Shown: in pieces, positions 8,033-18,330 of the stretch
How the letters are laid out: each line of letters opens with the position of its first letter
How positions within the stretch are numbered: the first letter of the stretch is position 1
DNA from: a virus
Length of the DNA: 64,000 bases
Reading direction: 5' to 3' (one strand)
Virus record (IMG/VR): IMGVR_UViG_3300032249_001461
Span: 1-64,000 of that record
Program-made: the position numbers and the translations under genes
The notes under the pieces: generated by a model
What the model saw: the letters and a program-made list of their open reading frames with translations, nothing else
The model's database searches: none
What the model was told of the DNA's origin: nothing

Positions 8033-10531
8033 ATGGCCTGGTGGGATTTTTACAAGCTTTGGACCTATCAGTTCGAGAAGGGTCCCATAGAGAGAATGGA
8101 CACCGCGCAGGTGACTGGCGCGGGTGTCGTCGTGCCAGACGCCATGCCCGACCTGAGGGGCGATTCCTACGGGGCGTCCCAGTCCCAGCTGAGGCTCTAC
8201 GACAGCAACGACTTCATAGACCTCAGCACGGTCACCAACCGCCAGAGCAGGTACAAGGAGTACGAGAGGCTCAGGAGCGTGGCGGAGGTCGAGATGGCGA
8301 TGACCGTGATCGCGGACGAGGCCTGCATATCCGGCGACACGAGGATATCCACCCTCTTCGACGGGCCGAGGACGATACGCTGGCTCGCCGATAGATGGGA
8401 GAAGGATCCAAGTCCCTTCCTCGTCTACTGCTGGGACTTCGACAAGGAGGACTACACGCTCGGATGGGCATACGACCCGAGGGTCGTCAAGAAGTCCAAG
8501 ACAATAAAGGTACTGCTCGACAACGGCGACAGCTTCGTGGTCACACCCGACCACAGGATTCTCACGAGGGATCAGGAGTGGGTGAATGCCGAGGACCTCG
8601 AGGAGGGCAGCGAGCTCATGCCCTTCTACAGGATGGAGCCGAACAGGAAGATCAACGGATGCAGGACGAGGATGTTCCCGAGGATATTCACGTTCGACGG
8701 CTGGAAGCACGAGAGGCAGTTCATAGAGGAGTGGAGGGACGAGAAGAACAGGAAGAAGTACGAGAAGGTCCGCGAGGCCTCCAGGCTCATCGCCGCCGGA
8801 GCCACGACCCGCGACATAGAAGGCATCATGAAGAACTCGTGGAAGAGCGTGGACTCGTGGATCAAGAAGGAGGGCTTCTGCCACGGCGAGATCAAGTGGC
8901 TCGGGGGGATGAAGGACAGGCGGAAGGTCATGGGCATCATCCCAGGCACGGAGATAGAGGTCTTCGACCTGAGCGTCAAGGGCCACGAGAACTTCTGCAC
9001 GGACTCCGTCGTGATGCACAACTGCCAGAGGAACGAAAACGGAAACGTGATGAAGATACACTGCGAGAACACGCAGGTGAAGAAGGAACTGGAGTTCCTG
9101 TGCTTCAACAGGAACATGCTCAACCTGAACAGGAAGGCGTGGCAGATGGTCAAGAAGCTCGTCATATTCGGCGACGGCTTCTACGAGCTCGTCACCGACC
9201 CAACCAACCCCAAGGAGGGAGTCCTCAAGATACAGGAGCTCCCGCCCGACAGCATCTACAAGATCATCACCACGAAGGGGAGGGTGGTGGAGTTCCAGCA
9301 GAGCAAGGAGGGCCCCGACTACCAGGCGCTGACAAGGAGCGAAGTCACCAAGGCGACAGACCTTGAGTTGATGCAATCCACCTCCATCAGGTTTGCTCCG
9401 AGCCAGGTGGTCCACATGTACATCGGCGACGACAGGAGGACCTTCTATCCGTACGGCCAGTCTCTGATGGAGCCGGCAAGGGGACCGGCGCACCAATTAA
9501 GATTGATGGAAGATGCGATGATGGTGTACCGCCTCACAAGAAGCCCCGAAAGGCGCGTCTTCTATATCGACGTCGGACAGCTCCCCCCTTTCAAGGCGGA
9601 GGCCTTCGTGGAGAGGATGAAGGACCAGTTCAGGAAGAAGAAGGTGGGATCCGGCAGGGGAACAGGGGCGAACGCAGTAGAGGAGAGATGGCACGCCCCC
9701 GCCGCCGACGAGGACTACTGGATTCCGATACGCCCCAGTGCGAACACGAGGATAGAGACGCTTCCGGGCGCCCAGAACCTCGGCGAGATAGACGACGCCC
9801 TGTACTTCAGAAACAAGCTCTTCACGGCCCTCAACTTCCCCAAGAACTACATGAGCAACGAGGACGCGGGGGCTACGAGGATCACGCTCAGCGCCCAGGA
9901 CGCCAGGTTCGCCAGGATGGTGGAGAGGATACAGGCCAGCATCGAGGACGGAATCCTGGAGATCTGCGAGCGGCACCTCGAGATGAGGGGCTTCCCGAGC
10001 GACGCCTACGAGGACCTCAAGGTGGAGATGACGCCGCCGAGCAGCTGGAAGGAGCTGAGCGAGGCCGAGATCATGAGCAACAGGATCAACGTGGCCACCA
10101 CGCTGAAGTCAAGCATGCTCATGGGAGACTTCGACCTGCTCACGAAGTTCATGAGGTTCTCCGAGGATGAGGCGGAGAGGATCATATCGCGGAACAAGAT
10201 TCAGAAGCTTGAGGACCTCAAGATACAGATAATAGGTCAGAATCCGCAGCTCCTCGGCGTCGGGACGCCATCTAGCGATTCTGGCGGGCCGGAAATGGGG
10301 GCCGAGGCGGGCGGGCCGACGCCGAACCTGGAGGCCGGAATGGGAGGGGAACAGCCCCCCGCCGACGGACAGCAAGACGAGGCTCCGGCAGAGCCTCGGG
10401 AAAAGGAAACAGGGGAGCCCACGGCCCTCCCCGATCCCACCGAGGATGAGATCAAAAAATACAACCTCGGACTAGAGGACTACACAAAGACCATTGACGA
10501 CGAGGACGTTGACTGGAGCGAGGAGGGCTAG
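8033..10531 (+). CDS. gp20: T4 gp20-like portal protein containing an intein
   Basis: QLRLMEDAMMVYRLTRSPERRVFYIDVG, EDYWIP, TRIETLPG and YFRNKLF motifs of gp20. Confidence 0.95.
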   Translation: MAWWDFYKLWTYQFEKGPIERMDTAQVTGAGVVVPDAMPDLRGDSYGASQSQLRLYDSNDFIDLSTVTNRQSRYKEYERLRSVAEVEMAMTVIADEACISGDTRISTLFDGPRTIRWLADRWEKDPSPFLVYCWDFDKEDYTLGWAYDPRVVKKSKTIKVLLDNGDSFVVTPDHRILTRDQEWVNAEDLEEGSELMPFYRMEPNRKINGCRTRMFPRIFTFDGWKHERQFIEEWRDEKNRKKYEKVREASRLIAAGATTRDIEGIMKNSWKSVDSWIKKEGFCHGEIKWLGGMKDRRKVMGIIPGTEIEVFDLSVKGHENFCTDSVVMHNCQRNENGNVMKIHCENTQVKKELEFLCFNRNMLNLNRKAWQMVKKLVIFGDGFYELVTDPTNPKEGVLKIQELPPDSIYKIITTKGRVVEFQQSKEGPDYQALTRSEVTKATDLELMQSTSIRFAPSQVVHMYIGDDRRTFYPYGQSLMEPARGPAHQLRLMEDAMMVYRLTRSPERRVFYIDVGQLPPFKAEAFVERMKDQFRKKKVGSGRGTGANAVEERWHAPAADEDYWIPIRPSANTRIETLPGAQNLGEIDDALYFRNKLFTALNFPKNYMSNEDAGATRITLSAQDARFARMVERIQASIEDGILEICERHLEMRGFPSDAYEDLKVEMTPPSSWKELSEAEIMSNRINVATTLKSSMLMGDFDLLTKFMRFSEDEAERIISRNKIQKLEDLKIQIIGQNPQLLGVGTPSSDSGGPEMGAEAGGPTPNLEAGMGGEQPPADGQQDEAPAEPREKETGEPTALPDPTEDEIKKYNLGLEDYTKTIDDEDVDWSEEG
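8324..9022 (+). mobile_element. Intein (233 aa) in portal
   Basis: DEA|CISGDT start, TPDH block B, VFDLSVKGHENF block F, VMHN|C end. Confidence 0.93.
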
Positions 10532-10695
10532 TGACCCCCTGGGAAATCAGAAACAAAATAGCAGAAATAAGGGACTACATAGCCTCACGATACTTTGATC
10601 CAAGCCAGGCAAAAAGCCTGTATGCGGAGAGGGAAAGGCTAGAAAGAATGCTGAAGGAACTCGAGAACGATCAGCAAGAACAAGCCGAAGCTTAG
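10531..10695 (+). CDS. Small coiled-coil hypothetical protein (54 aa)
   Basis: GTG start overlaps the portal TAG; MTPWEIRNKIAEIRDY... Confidence 0.5.
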   Translation: MTPWEIRNKIAEIRDYIASRYFDPSQAKSLYAERERLERMLKELENDQQEQAEA

Positions 10696-10733
10696 TGAAA
10701 AGAAGCTTTTAGGAATACTGTGATACATATGGC

Positions 10734-11558
10734 ATGACCCGCTTCAAGGAATGGCTCATCAACGAGGCTGCCATAGGCCCACAGAACATTCGGTACGACA
10801 CCCAAGGGAGGCCAAACTTCAGGGTCTCAATAAGGAACCAAGGACAGATAATAGGCCTTGAAATCTTGCAGGGTTCCAACTACAAATACGCGGGCGACAT
10901 GGTGAGCGATGACTTCGGAGACGAAAATCTTCTCAAGGGATACAAGATATACAACTGGCATGCGGATATGCCGCAAGGAGCCGGCTACGGTCCCATGTTC
11001 TACGACATAGCCCTGGAGATCGCCACGAAGAACGGCGGATATTTGGCTCCTTCTACGCTCCTGAACAGGTTCAAGAACATTCATGACGCCAAGGAAAGGA
11101 AGGGCCATGGCGGAGGCGACGCCACGGACGCGGCCGAGAGCGTTTACAAGTTTATTTACGAAAGGCGAGGGGATGTGGAGAAAGTCCAGCCCAACATAGT
11201 ACTTGCCAACGAACCCGACCAGGCAGAAAAGCCGTGGATGTACGAGTTTTACCAAAAGAAGCCAACCGTGCTTCCGCAACTAATTGAAATGAACAGGAAA
11301 GGACGGCCAGTCCTGGTCAGTGGAGTGGGAATACAAGCCGAGCCGATAATTGACATGAACTTCAATGCCATGCGGCAGAAAGAACAGCCACAGCAAAATC
11401 AACCCACCCAAGCCCCTAAGCAACCCCAATTTCATGGCTTCCAAATGGGCGACACGAAAACTTGGCAACAGCGACAGAAGCATCTTAATTCCATGGGAAT
11501 AGACACTGCAGAATGGAGCCGTGCGGAGATCATGAGGGGTGTGAAAAACAAGGACTAG
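10734..11558 (+). CDS. Leader-bearing protein with a GNAT-like segment
   Basis: MTRFKEWLINE leader; QGAGYGPMFYDIALE resembles GNAT motif A; TACATA 4 nt upstream. Confidence 0.65.
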   Translation: MTRFKEWLINEAAIGPQNIRYDTQGRPNFRVSIRNQGQIIGLEILQGSNYKYAGDMVSDDFGDENLLKGYKIYNWHADMPQGAGYGPMFYDIALEIATKNGGYLAPSTLLNRFKNIHDAKERKGHGGGDATDAAESVYKFIYERRGDVEKVQPNIVLANEPDQAEKPWMYEFYQKKPTVLPQLIEMNRKGRPVLVSGVGIQAEPIIDMNFNAMRQKEQPQQNQPTQAPKQPQFHGFQMGDTKTWQQRQKHLNSMGIDTAEWSRAEIMRGVKNKD

Positions 11559-12670
11559 AACCCCACCCGCCTCCTCTCTTCCTTTTCATGAAAGTTGTCG
11601 TCTTCGTTGTATATCTCCGCGAGGGTCATCGGCTCTTCAGTCCGCCTCTTTGACTTCATGGACTTGAATACCTTGTTGCACTCCTCGGGCGAAAGAGCTT
11701 TGAAATGATGCTCCATAAGAAGCCTACCCTTCCTCACGAGGGCGGAGTCTATGTTCTCCCTGTCGGTGTTGAAGGTCGCGATCACAAGGATGTTCAGGCA
11801 GTCGCCGAGGATTCCGTCCGTTATGTTCAGGATGTTGCTGATGGCCTCGTTGTCCTGTGTGTTTCTGCTGCGCAGAACCTTCTCCGCATCCTCAAGAAGT
11901 AGTATGCAGTTCCTGTAGCCCATTATGAAGCTCATGAAGTCGGGATTCGTGAGCTGCTCCGCGGATCCGGACGAAAGGTATATTACCTTCCTAGTGGTCT
12001 TGGTCGTCAGGTATTTTATAAACGTACTCTTTCCCGTTCCGGGATCCCCCGAAAAGAGCATCAGCCCGTTCTTGTTCTTGGATATGGACTTGACCACCTT
12101 GTCGAACTTCGCCTTTGCCTCAGACCCGTAGTTGAGCTCAAGGTCTATGTTCTTCTGTGGAAGCTTTATGTCGAAGCGCTGGAGGTTCAGCATCCCGTCG
12201 GAGCTGCAGAGGACATAGACGTTGCTGTGCTTCTTCTGACTGGAGTCCTTGTCTATCGTCTCCCTGACGAGGCCGAGCGTCTTGGCATTCTGGTATAAAA
12301 TTTTGCAGGCGTAGTTCGCGGAGTCCTTTTCTGACGGGCCAGAATCCTCGTCCTCCCCGGAAAAATACTCTATCCTGTTGACGAGGCTCTCCCGGAGGTA
12401 GAAGAAGAGCAGTGCGTCATCGTGCCGGTAGCACACCTCGTTCTGAAAGACCGACTCCTTGCCTTCCACGATCTTCTCCGACTCGGAGAAAAATATGCGT
12501 TCCGCCCCAATTTTCTCAAGCTTTCCGAAAGTCGTCTTCTTGATAGGAAGGCGGTATTCGTAAATGTCAGGATGCGATCCGTAGAGTTCTATGTAATGGT
12601 GGAAGGGATTGAAATAGGTGCCGTAGTCGTTATGACTCTTCCTGGCATATGGGTTGAATTTGATTTCCAT
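11555..12670 (-). CDS. AAA+ ATPase
   Basis: Walker A GDPGTGKS, Walker B LLLEDAE, ATFN and ALVRKGR. Confidence 0.9.
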   Translation of the reverse strand: MEIKFNPYARKSHNDYGTYFNPFHHYIELYGSHPDIYEYRLPIKKTTFGKLEKIGAERIFFSESEKIVEGKESVFQNEVCYRHDDALLFFYLRESLVNRIEYFSGEDEDSGPSEKDSANYACKILYQNAKTLGLVRETIDKDSSQKKHSNVYVLCSSDGMLNLQRFDIKLPQKNIDLELNYGSEAKAKFDKVVKSISKNKNGLMLFSGDPGTGKSTFIKYLTTKTTRKVIYLSSGSAEQLTNPDFMSFIMGYRNCILLLEDAEKVLRSRNTQDNEAISNILNITDGILGDCLNILVIATFNTDRENIDSALVRKGRLLMEHHFKALSPEECNKVFKSMKSKRRTEEPMTLAEIYNEDDNFHEKEERRRVGF

Positions 12671-12743
12671 GGACGGAGATTATATGCGCTCGCGGACGAA
12701 AATCAATAGGTCCTTGAGAATTTGAGTTATCAAGCATAGTTCC

Positions 12744-12992
12744 CTAAATCGCGAAAGATACGAATCTAGGATTTTTGGACAACTCCTGTCCGGGGATAAC
12801 CTCTTTCCAGTAGAAACCAGAAAGGTTTGGCCTCCTTCGTCGTTCCCCAGCACCGATAGGTCTGAGGTCAAGCGAAATATTTGTGGAGGCGTTGAAATCA
12901 GCGTCGGCTGTGAAGTTGCAGGCGCTGCAATCAAACTTCCTTCCCTTTCTATTTCTCTTGCGAGTCCAACCACAGCATGAGCATCTCTGGCT
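12744..12992 (-). pseudogene. tnpB: TnpB C-terminal remnant (Zn ribbon and RuvC-III)
   Basis: Hand translation SQRCSCCGWTRKRNRKGRKFDCSACNFTADADFNASTNI; no in-frame start codon. Confidence 0.8.
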
Positions 12993-13145
12993 TAGAAGAT
13001 CGAATAATACTTTTGTCGCGAAATTTCACATTGTATTTAGCGGTAAATTTTGTGTTTTTGCAAGAAAATGAATCTTAAAGCATACTATACATTTGAAACT
13101 CTACTTTTTCGGCGGCTGTCCGACGAAAAACGCGGCCCGTACGAC

Positions 13146-13151
13146 TATATA
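13146..13151 (+). promoter_or_regulatory. Candidate late-promoter box TATATA upstream of the head operon
   Basis: Matches the TANATA box repeated across the window. Confidence 0.5.
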
Positions 13152-13222
13152 GGTTTATGTTTTAGCCGCCCTAGGCGTGAAGGACTCTCGAAGAAATATT
13201 TCGCAGGAATTTAGGAGCATAA

Positions 13223-15016
13223 ATGAAAAGAAAACTCATCGGCTACGATGCATTCAACAAAATAAAGACCGAATCGCTTTCCAACGTGCAGGGGGAGCTG
13301 GAAGGCGCGGCCGACCTGCTCGCGAGAACCCTTGAGCTCGAGGGTCTGTCCCTCGTCTCCTACGGCTCGCAGGAAGCCCTTTTCGAGTCCGCGGACGGCA
13401 CTCACGTCCACGCCAACTACGAGGTGAAGAACGGCTTCGTGCAGTTCGACCAGGTAGAGCAGCTCGTCATCAACGAGGAGTCCGAGGTCGCCGCATCGAA
13501 GGAAGTCATATCCAGAATGATCGACTCGCTCATAGAGTCCGACGAGGGCAAGGCCGACGAGCTCTTCGCGGAGTGGATGGGCCTCCCCAGGACCAAGAGG
13601 GTCTTCACGGAGATGAAGAAGCTCCGCGTCGTCCCGATCCGCAAGAAGGTCGGCGGAAAGACCAAGATCGTCGGATACCGCAAGGCCCGCTGGAACGTGA
13701 CCCCCAAGAGCCACGAGAGCGCGAGCAAGACGGCCAGAAGGGTCAGGGGCAAGAAGGTCGCCCAGAGGAAGCTCCCCGAGGGCCTCAGGAAGTTCCTCGC
13801 CCAGAGGCGCGAGAGGGTTAAGAAGACCATCGGCGAGTGGCACGTCATCGCGGAGAACGTCCTCGGATACATGGATATCGCCGAAAACGGCCCCGCAGTA
13901 GACCAGTGCCAGGTCCTCAGGCATGAGGGCGAGGTAGTGGGCGTGAGAGTCCCGACCGCCAAGCTCCGCAACGAGGCCAGGGTGCTCAAGTTCAACTGGA
14001 AGACCCTCAACACCGACGTCGTCGTGAAGAGGAATGCCAGCAAGAAGATCAGCGAGAACCAGGATTTCACCAGGGAGATCGCCGAACTCAAGAGATTCAA
14101 CGCCCTCTCGGACAGCCAGGCCGTGGATGAGTCCATAGAGAAGATATCAACAAAGCACCCCGAGGTGATCTATCTGACCGAGGCGGAGCTCTCCAGACAG
14201 ATCAAGAGGTGCCTCGAGAGCGTCAGCGCAACCAACTACGACGACGAGACATGCCGCTTCCTCGCGGAAGGAATACTCCGCACAGCCCACGAGAACCTCG
14301 TCGACAGAGTGTCGAAGGTCGTGAAGCTCGCCGGAGCCAGGATCAACGAACAGGCCGCCGACAAGTACGCGGAGTTCAAGAACGTCGCGGAAGCCTTCTA
14401 TAAGAAGCTCGACGAAAGCACCATGTTGGAGATGCAGGCCTTCGTGGACGTCTACGAGGCCCTCAGGCAGATCCACGAGATGTCCGTCGAAGAAAAGAAC
14501 GAGATCGTCGCAGACGAGACCGCGGAACACCTCGACGCACTGCTCCCCATCGTCAGGAACGAGTCGGAGCCTTCTCTTGACGTCCTCGCAGACGCGGCCG
14601 AATGGCTCTACGACGTGGTCGAAGCCACCGCACCCGAGGAGTGGAAGACAGATGAGCCGGTCGTAAGCGACAACGGCGAACATCCCGTCCTGCTCAAGAA
14701 GGGCAAGCAGACCCAGTACGACGCGGAAAAGCCGGGCCAGACGCCCGCTGCCCACCACACAAGCGACGGCAAGGAATATGCCGGAGCCGCAGCCAAGGAG
14801 CTGGAGGGAGAGGGATGGGGCAACATCGGAGGCGATGGGGTCTACCCCGAAATGGACAACCCCTACGTACTCAAGGGAGGGGAATACAAGATCGCCGGAG
14901 AAAAGGACGTGGACTCGGACACCGACCAGCTCGCCCATTGGGGCGACAACGACACGTGGCCGAACCTGCAGAACCCCTACTCTAAGGCCAGCGTCACACC
15001 CACGGAAGCCAAATAA
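13223..15016 (+). CDS. Probable prohead core protein
   Basis: 597 aa, immediately upstream of gp21; acidic with a central Lys/Arg-rich block reminiscent of gp68; AGGAG SD. Confidence 0.6.
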   Translation: MKRKLIGYDAFNKIKTESLSNVQGELEGAADLLARTLELEGLSLVSYGSQEALFESADGTHVHANYEVKNGFVQFDQVEQLVINEESEVAASKEVISRMIDSLIESDEGKADELFAEWMGLPRTKRVFTEMKKLRVVPIRKKVGGKTKIVGYRKARWNVTPKSHESASKTARRVRGKKVAQRKLPEGLRKFLAQRRERVKKTIGEWHVIAENVLGYMDIAENGPAVDQCQVLRHEGEVVGVRVPTAKLRNEARVLKFNWKTLNTDVVVKRNASKKISENQDFTREIAELKRFNALSDSQAVDESIEKISTKHPEVIYLTEAELSRQIKRCLESVSATNYDDETCRFLAEGILRTAHENLVDRVSKVVKLAGARINEQAADKYAEFKNVAEAFYKKLDESTMLEMQAFVDVYEALRQIHEMSVEEKNEIVADETAEHLDALLPIVRNESEPSLDVLADAAEWLYDVVEATAPEEWKTDEPVVSDNGEHPVLLKKGKQTQYDAEKPGQTPAAHHTSDGKEYAGAAAKELEGEGWGNIGGDGVYPEMDNPYVLKGGEYKIAGEKDVDSDTDQLAHWGDNDTWPNLQNPYSKASVTPTEAK

Positions 15017-15030
15017 ACAGGAGGTGAATT

Positions 15031-15753
15031 GTGCATCTGCTATTGGAACACGAGATGATTCCAGGGACGGTATACGAAAACAGGCTGATCCTCGGAGGGG
15101 GCAACTGCGCCATCCTCAATGAAATGAACCTCCAAGAGACCGCGGGCTCCACAGGATCCCTCGTCAAGTTCAGGGGCAAGTTCCAGGAGGCGGACGCCAT
15201 CAACAAGAACAAGAGAACCTATCCCTACGAAATCCTGAACGAGAACGTCAAGGCTCTCAAGGAATCCATAGACAACGGCGGACTCATCGGCGAACTAGAC
15301 CACCCCACCGACAGCATCGTCCACTTCGCCAACGCCAGCCACAAGATCACCAAACTCTGGTGGGAGGGCAAGACCCTCATGGGCGAAGGCCTCATACTCA
15401 ACACACCCCACGGCAAGATCCTCAAGGCGCTCATCAACGACGGCGTCCGAGTGGGAATCAGCAGCCGCGGAGTCGGCAACGGAAAGGTGAACGAACAGGG
15501 AATACTCGTCATCGGAGAGAGCTACAAACTCATAACCTTCGACGCAGTCGCAGACCCAAGCACCTCGCAGGCCTACCAGGAGAAGGTTGTCTCCAAGGAA
15601 AGCGTGAGCCACGTTTCTCTTCCACAAACAGCACACGCAACTGCAAAAAATGAAAACAGCGGCATACATACTCTGACCAAAGAGCTTGTTATCGCCGCTC
15701 TCGGTGGAATTGTTCAGAAACAAGCCAAAGAAATTAAAGAGAGGTTGAACTAA
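15031..15753 (+). CDS. gp21: T4 gp21-like prohead protease
   Basis: NKNKRTYP, GELDHP, GISSRGVG and FDAVADPS motifs. Confidence 0.95.
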   Translation: MHLLLEHEMIPGTVYENRLILGGGNCAILNEMNLQETAGSTGSLVKFRGKFQEADAINKNKRTYPYEILNENVKALKESIDNGGLIGELDHPTDSIVHFANASHKITKLWWEGKTLMGEGLILNTPHGKILKALINDGVRVGISSRGVGNGKVNEQGILVIGESYKLITFDAVADPSTSQAYQEKVVSKESVSHVSLPQTAHATAKNENSGIHTLTKELVIAALGGIVQKQAKEIKERLN

Positions 15754-16667
15754 TGGAAAAAATCGTCGAAGCTTTGACAAAGTTGCTGCCCGAGGATTCC
15801 GTCGCGGACGTCACGGAAGCGGTCAAGACCGAACTGGAAAATGCAAAGCAGGCCTACGAGCAGGAATTCAGCTCGAAGCTTGAAGAGGCCTACTCCGAAC
15901 TCTCCGAGGAACTCAAGACCGCCGAAGAGACGGCCATACAGGGCTACAAGGAAGCCTATGCCATCATCCAGGATCTCCGCGCCAGACTCGGAACCCAGCA
16001 GAAGGAGTTCGAGCTCGGAATGGAAGAGGGCTACGAAGAGGCCTACCAGATGCTCGTCGCAGAAAAGAAGAAGAACGAGAATCTAGAAGTCGAAATGTAC
16101 GACCAGTTCAACACCAAGCTACACGAGATGAAGGAGTACATGGTCGACAAGGTCGACGCCTTCCTCCAGTACAAGAGCAACGAACTATACGAGTCGGCCC
16201 GCCACGAAGTTGAGAACGACCCCCGCACTGCGGAACACAAGGTCGCACTCGACCGAGTCCTGGAGTGCGTCGCCGACTACGTCGGTGACGAGAGCTTCAC
16301 GTCAGCCACCAACGCCAAGGTTGAAGAGGCCACACGCAAGGCAGGCGAACTCAAGAGCCAGATCAAGATCCTGGAAGCCAGGAACATCAGACTCAGCGCA
16401 GAAAACACCAAGCTTACCGAGGCAGTCCGCGAGACCCAGAAGGTCATAACGGAGTCGGCCAAGGAAGAAAAGAAAGAAAGAGTTGAAAAGGCAAAGAATG
16501 TGCAGGGGAGAGGACGTGCTGTCAACGACTCTGAGCTTGTTGCCGAATGGAGTGACAATAAGTCCGAAGAAAAGAAGTCAAATGTTGACAAAACTTTGGT
16601 CGAAAACCTTGATCCGGACCTGCTTCGTCAAATGCAGGTTCTTGCCGGAACCAAGAACAACGACTGA
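15753..16667 (+). CDS. gp22: gp22-like scaffold protein
   Basis: Acidic coiled-coil between protease and major capsid; contains DKVDAFL. Confidence 0.8.
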   Translation: MEKIVEALTKLLPEDSVADVTEAVKTELENAKQAYEQEFSSKLEEAYSELSEELKTAEETAIQGYKEAYAIIQDLRARLGTQQKEFELGMEEGYEEAYQMLVAEKKKNENLEVEMYDQFNTKLHEMKEYMVDKVDAFLQYKSNELYESARHEVENDPRTAEHKVALDRVLECVADYVGDESFTSATNAKVEEATRKAGELKSQIKILEARNIRLSAENTKLTEAVRETQKVITESAKEEKKERVEKAKNVQGRGRAVNDSELVAEWSDNKSEEKKSNVDKTLVENLDPDLLRQMQVLAGTKNND

Positions 16668-16708
16668 TTTTAGACAGTATCTTTAGTTAAACCAAGGAGA
16701 ATAACCAA

Positions 16709-18136
16709 ATGCAAGCTAATGCCAAGTTTCTTAATGAGGCGAGGGAGCTGGAATCTCGTTGGGCGCAAACAGGTTTGCTAGAGAACATAAGCGACAAGTA
16801 CACACGTTCTTGCACTGCCGTTCTCCTCGAAAACCAGCGTCTCATCAACGAGAGCTCAACCGACTCGGGCGACGTAGCCCAGTTCAAGAGAATCTCGATT
16901 CCGCTCGTTCGCAGAATATATCCGCAGCTTATCGCCAACAAGGTGGTCTCGGTCCAGCCGCTACTCGGCCCGACCGGCCTAGTGTACTACCTCCGTTTTA
17001 GATACGGCAGCAACAAGGGCAGCGTCCGTGGAGCCAGCAAGGCTGGATTCCCCGGCGACGACGCCAACTCGCTCCAGCAGCTCGCCTCGGGCGATGCCAA
17101 CCTGAGCGTCTACTACTCGCACCAGTTCGTCGAGAACGAGTCGAGCTCAGTTGACGCGGGCGGCACCAGCTCGACGTTCGTGCTCGAGCACACCCCGGTT
17201 CTTGCTGGCACCGTGACCGGCACCGTGTACGACGGAAGCGTCGCAGTCCAGACCTTCGTGGTCTCGGAGAGCGGCACCTTCACGTTCCACGATGTCGGCA
17301 CCCCCGCCAACAAGGCGACCGTCGGTTCGTTGAACCTCACCACGGGCGAACTCGCCCTGACGTGGAACAACGACCCGGGTCCGAACCGTGTTGTTGTCTC
17401 GTACGAGTACAACATGGAGTGCAACCAGGACCTCCCCGAAATCAACCTCGTCGTTGAGTCGGAAGAGATCGCTGCCAAGACCAGAAAGCTCAAGGCCGTG
17501 TGGAGCTACGAGGCCCAGCAGGACCTCCGCAGCCAGCACAACCTCGACGCCGAGGCTGAACTCACCGCCGTCCTGGCACAGGAGATCAACCTTGAAATCG
17601 ACCGTGAGGTTCTCTCGGACCTGCGTAACAACGCCGGCACCGTCGCCTCGTGGGACTTCAATACCGCCCTTGGTGATACCATCAAGGAAAAGTATGAGTC
17701 GCTCTATGTCAAGGTAGTTGAGGTCAGCAACGTGGTGCATCGCAAGACGCTCCGCGGTGGCTGCAACTGGCTCGTGACCAGCCCCGAAGTCGCCTCGATC
17801 TTTGAGACGGCCACCGCTGGTTTCGCTCCGGCTCCCTCGGAAGGTTTCACATCGTCGCTCGGCATCCAGTATGTCGGCACCGTGAACAACCGTTGGAGGC
17901 TCTACAAGGATCCGCTGTTCCCGACGGGACAGATCCTCATGGGCTATAAGGGCGACAGCTATATGGACAGTGGTTACTTCTACTGCCCGTACGTGCCACT
18001 CACCCAGACCCCAGTTGTCCTCGACCCAGAGTCCTTTTGCCCACGCAAGGGAATACTCACGAGGTATGGGAAGAAACTCCTTCGTGAGGGTGCCAAGTTT
18101 TACGCACGCCTCAGCGTAGCCAATTTTGTGATTTAG
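16709..18136 (+). CDS. gp23: gp23-like major capsid protein
   Basis: LLENQ, LVRR, VQPLLGPTGL, AKTRKLKA, EINLEIDRE, YCPYVPL and TRYG motifs. Confidence 0.97.
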   Translation: MQANAKFLNEARELESRWAQTGLLENISDKYTRSCTAVLLENQRLINESSTDSGDVAQFKRISIPLVRRIYPQLIANKVVSVQPLLGPTGLVYYLRFRYGSNKGSVRGASKAGFPGDDANSLQQLASGDANLSVYYSHQFVENESSSVDAGGTSSTFVLEHTPVLAGTVTGTVYDGSVAVQTFVVSESGTFTFHDVGTPANKATVGSLNLTTGELALTWNNDPGPNRVVVSYEYNMECNQDLPEINLVVESEEIAAKTRKLKAVWSYEAQQDLRSQHNLDAEAELTAVLAQEINLEIDREVLSDLRNNAGTVASWDFNTALGDTIKEKYESLYVKVVEVSNVVHRKTLRGGCNWLVTSPEVASIFETATAGFAPAPSEGFTSSLGIQYVGTVNNRWRLYKDPLFPTGQILMGYKGDSYMDSGYFYCPYVPLTQTPVVLDPESFCPRKGILTRYGKKLLREGAKFYARLSVANFVI

Positions 18137-18139
18137 GCA

Positions 18140-18163
18140 AAAACCCTTGTTTTCAAGGGTTTT
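18140..18163. repeat. Perfect hairpin directly after the major capsid stop
   Basis: aaaacccttg-tttt-caagggtttt. Confidence 0.7.
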
Positions 18164-18173
18164 CCGAACAAGA

Positions 18174-18204
18174 AACCTCCGGTCGCAAGACCGGGGGTTT
18201 TTTT
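18174..18204 (+). terminator. Rho-independent terminator of the head operon
   Basis: aacctccggtc-GCAA-gaccgggggtt followed by a T run. Confidence 0.85.
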
Positions 18205-18330
18205 GTTGCTTTTCAGAACAAAAGGCTATTGAGGGGAATTCTTACTGCGTGATAAAAAACTGTTTCGTGCAAAAACGATATTGCGTGAGATTGATTTTTG
18301 TAGTACTATATTGGAATAGGAGGAATTCCG

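Noticed and set aside
7991-9496. 501-aa minus-strand ORF and many similar long antisense ORFs (for example 13417-14136, 14147-14938)
   Set aside because: Shadow frames of well-supported genes with strong third-position bias; no motifs of their own
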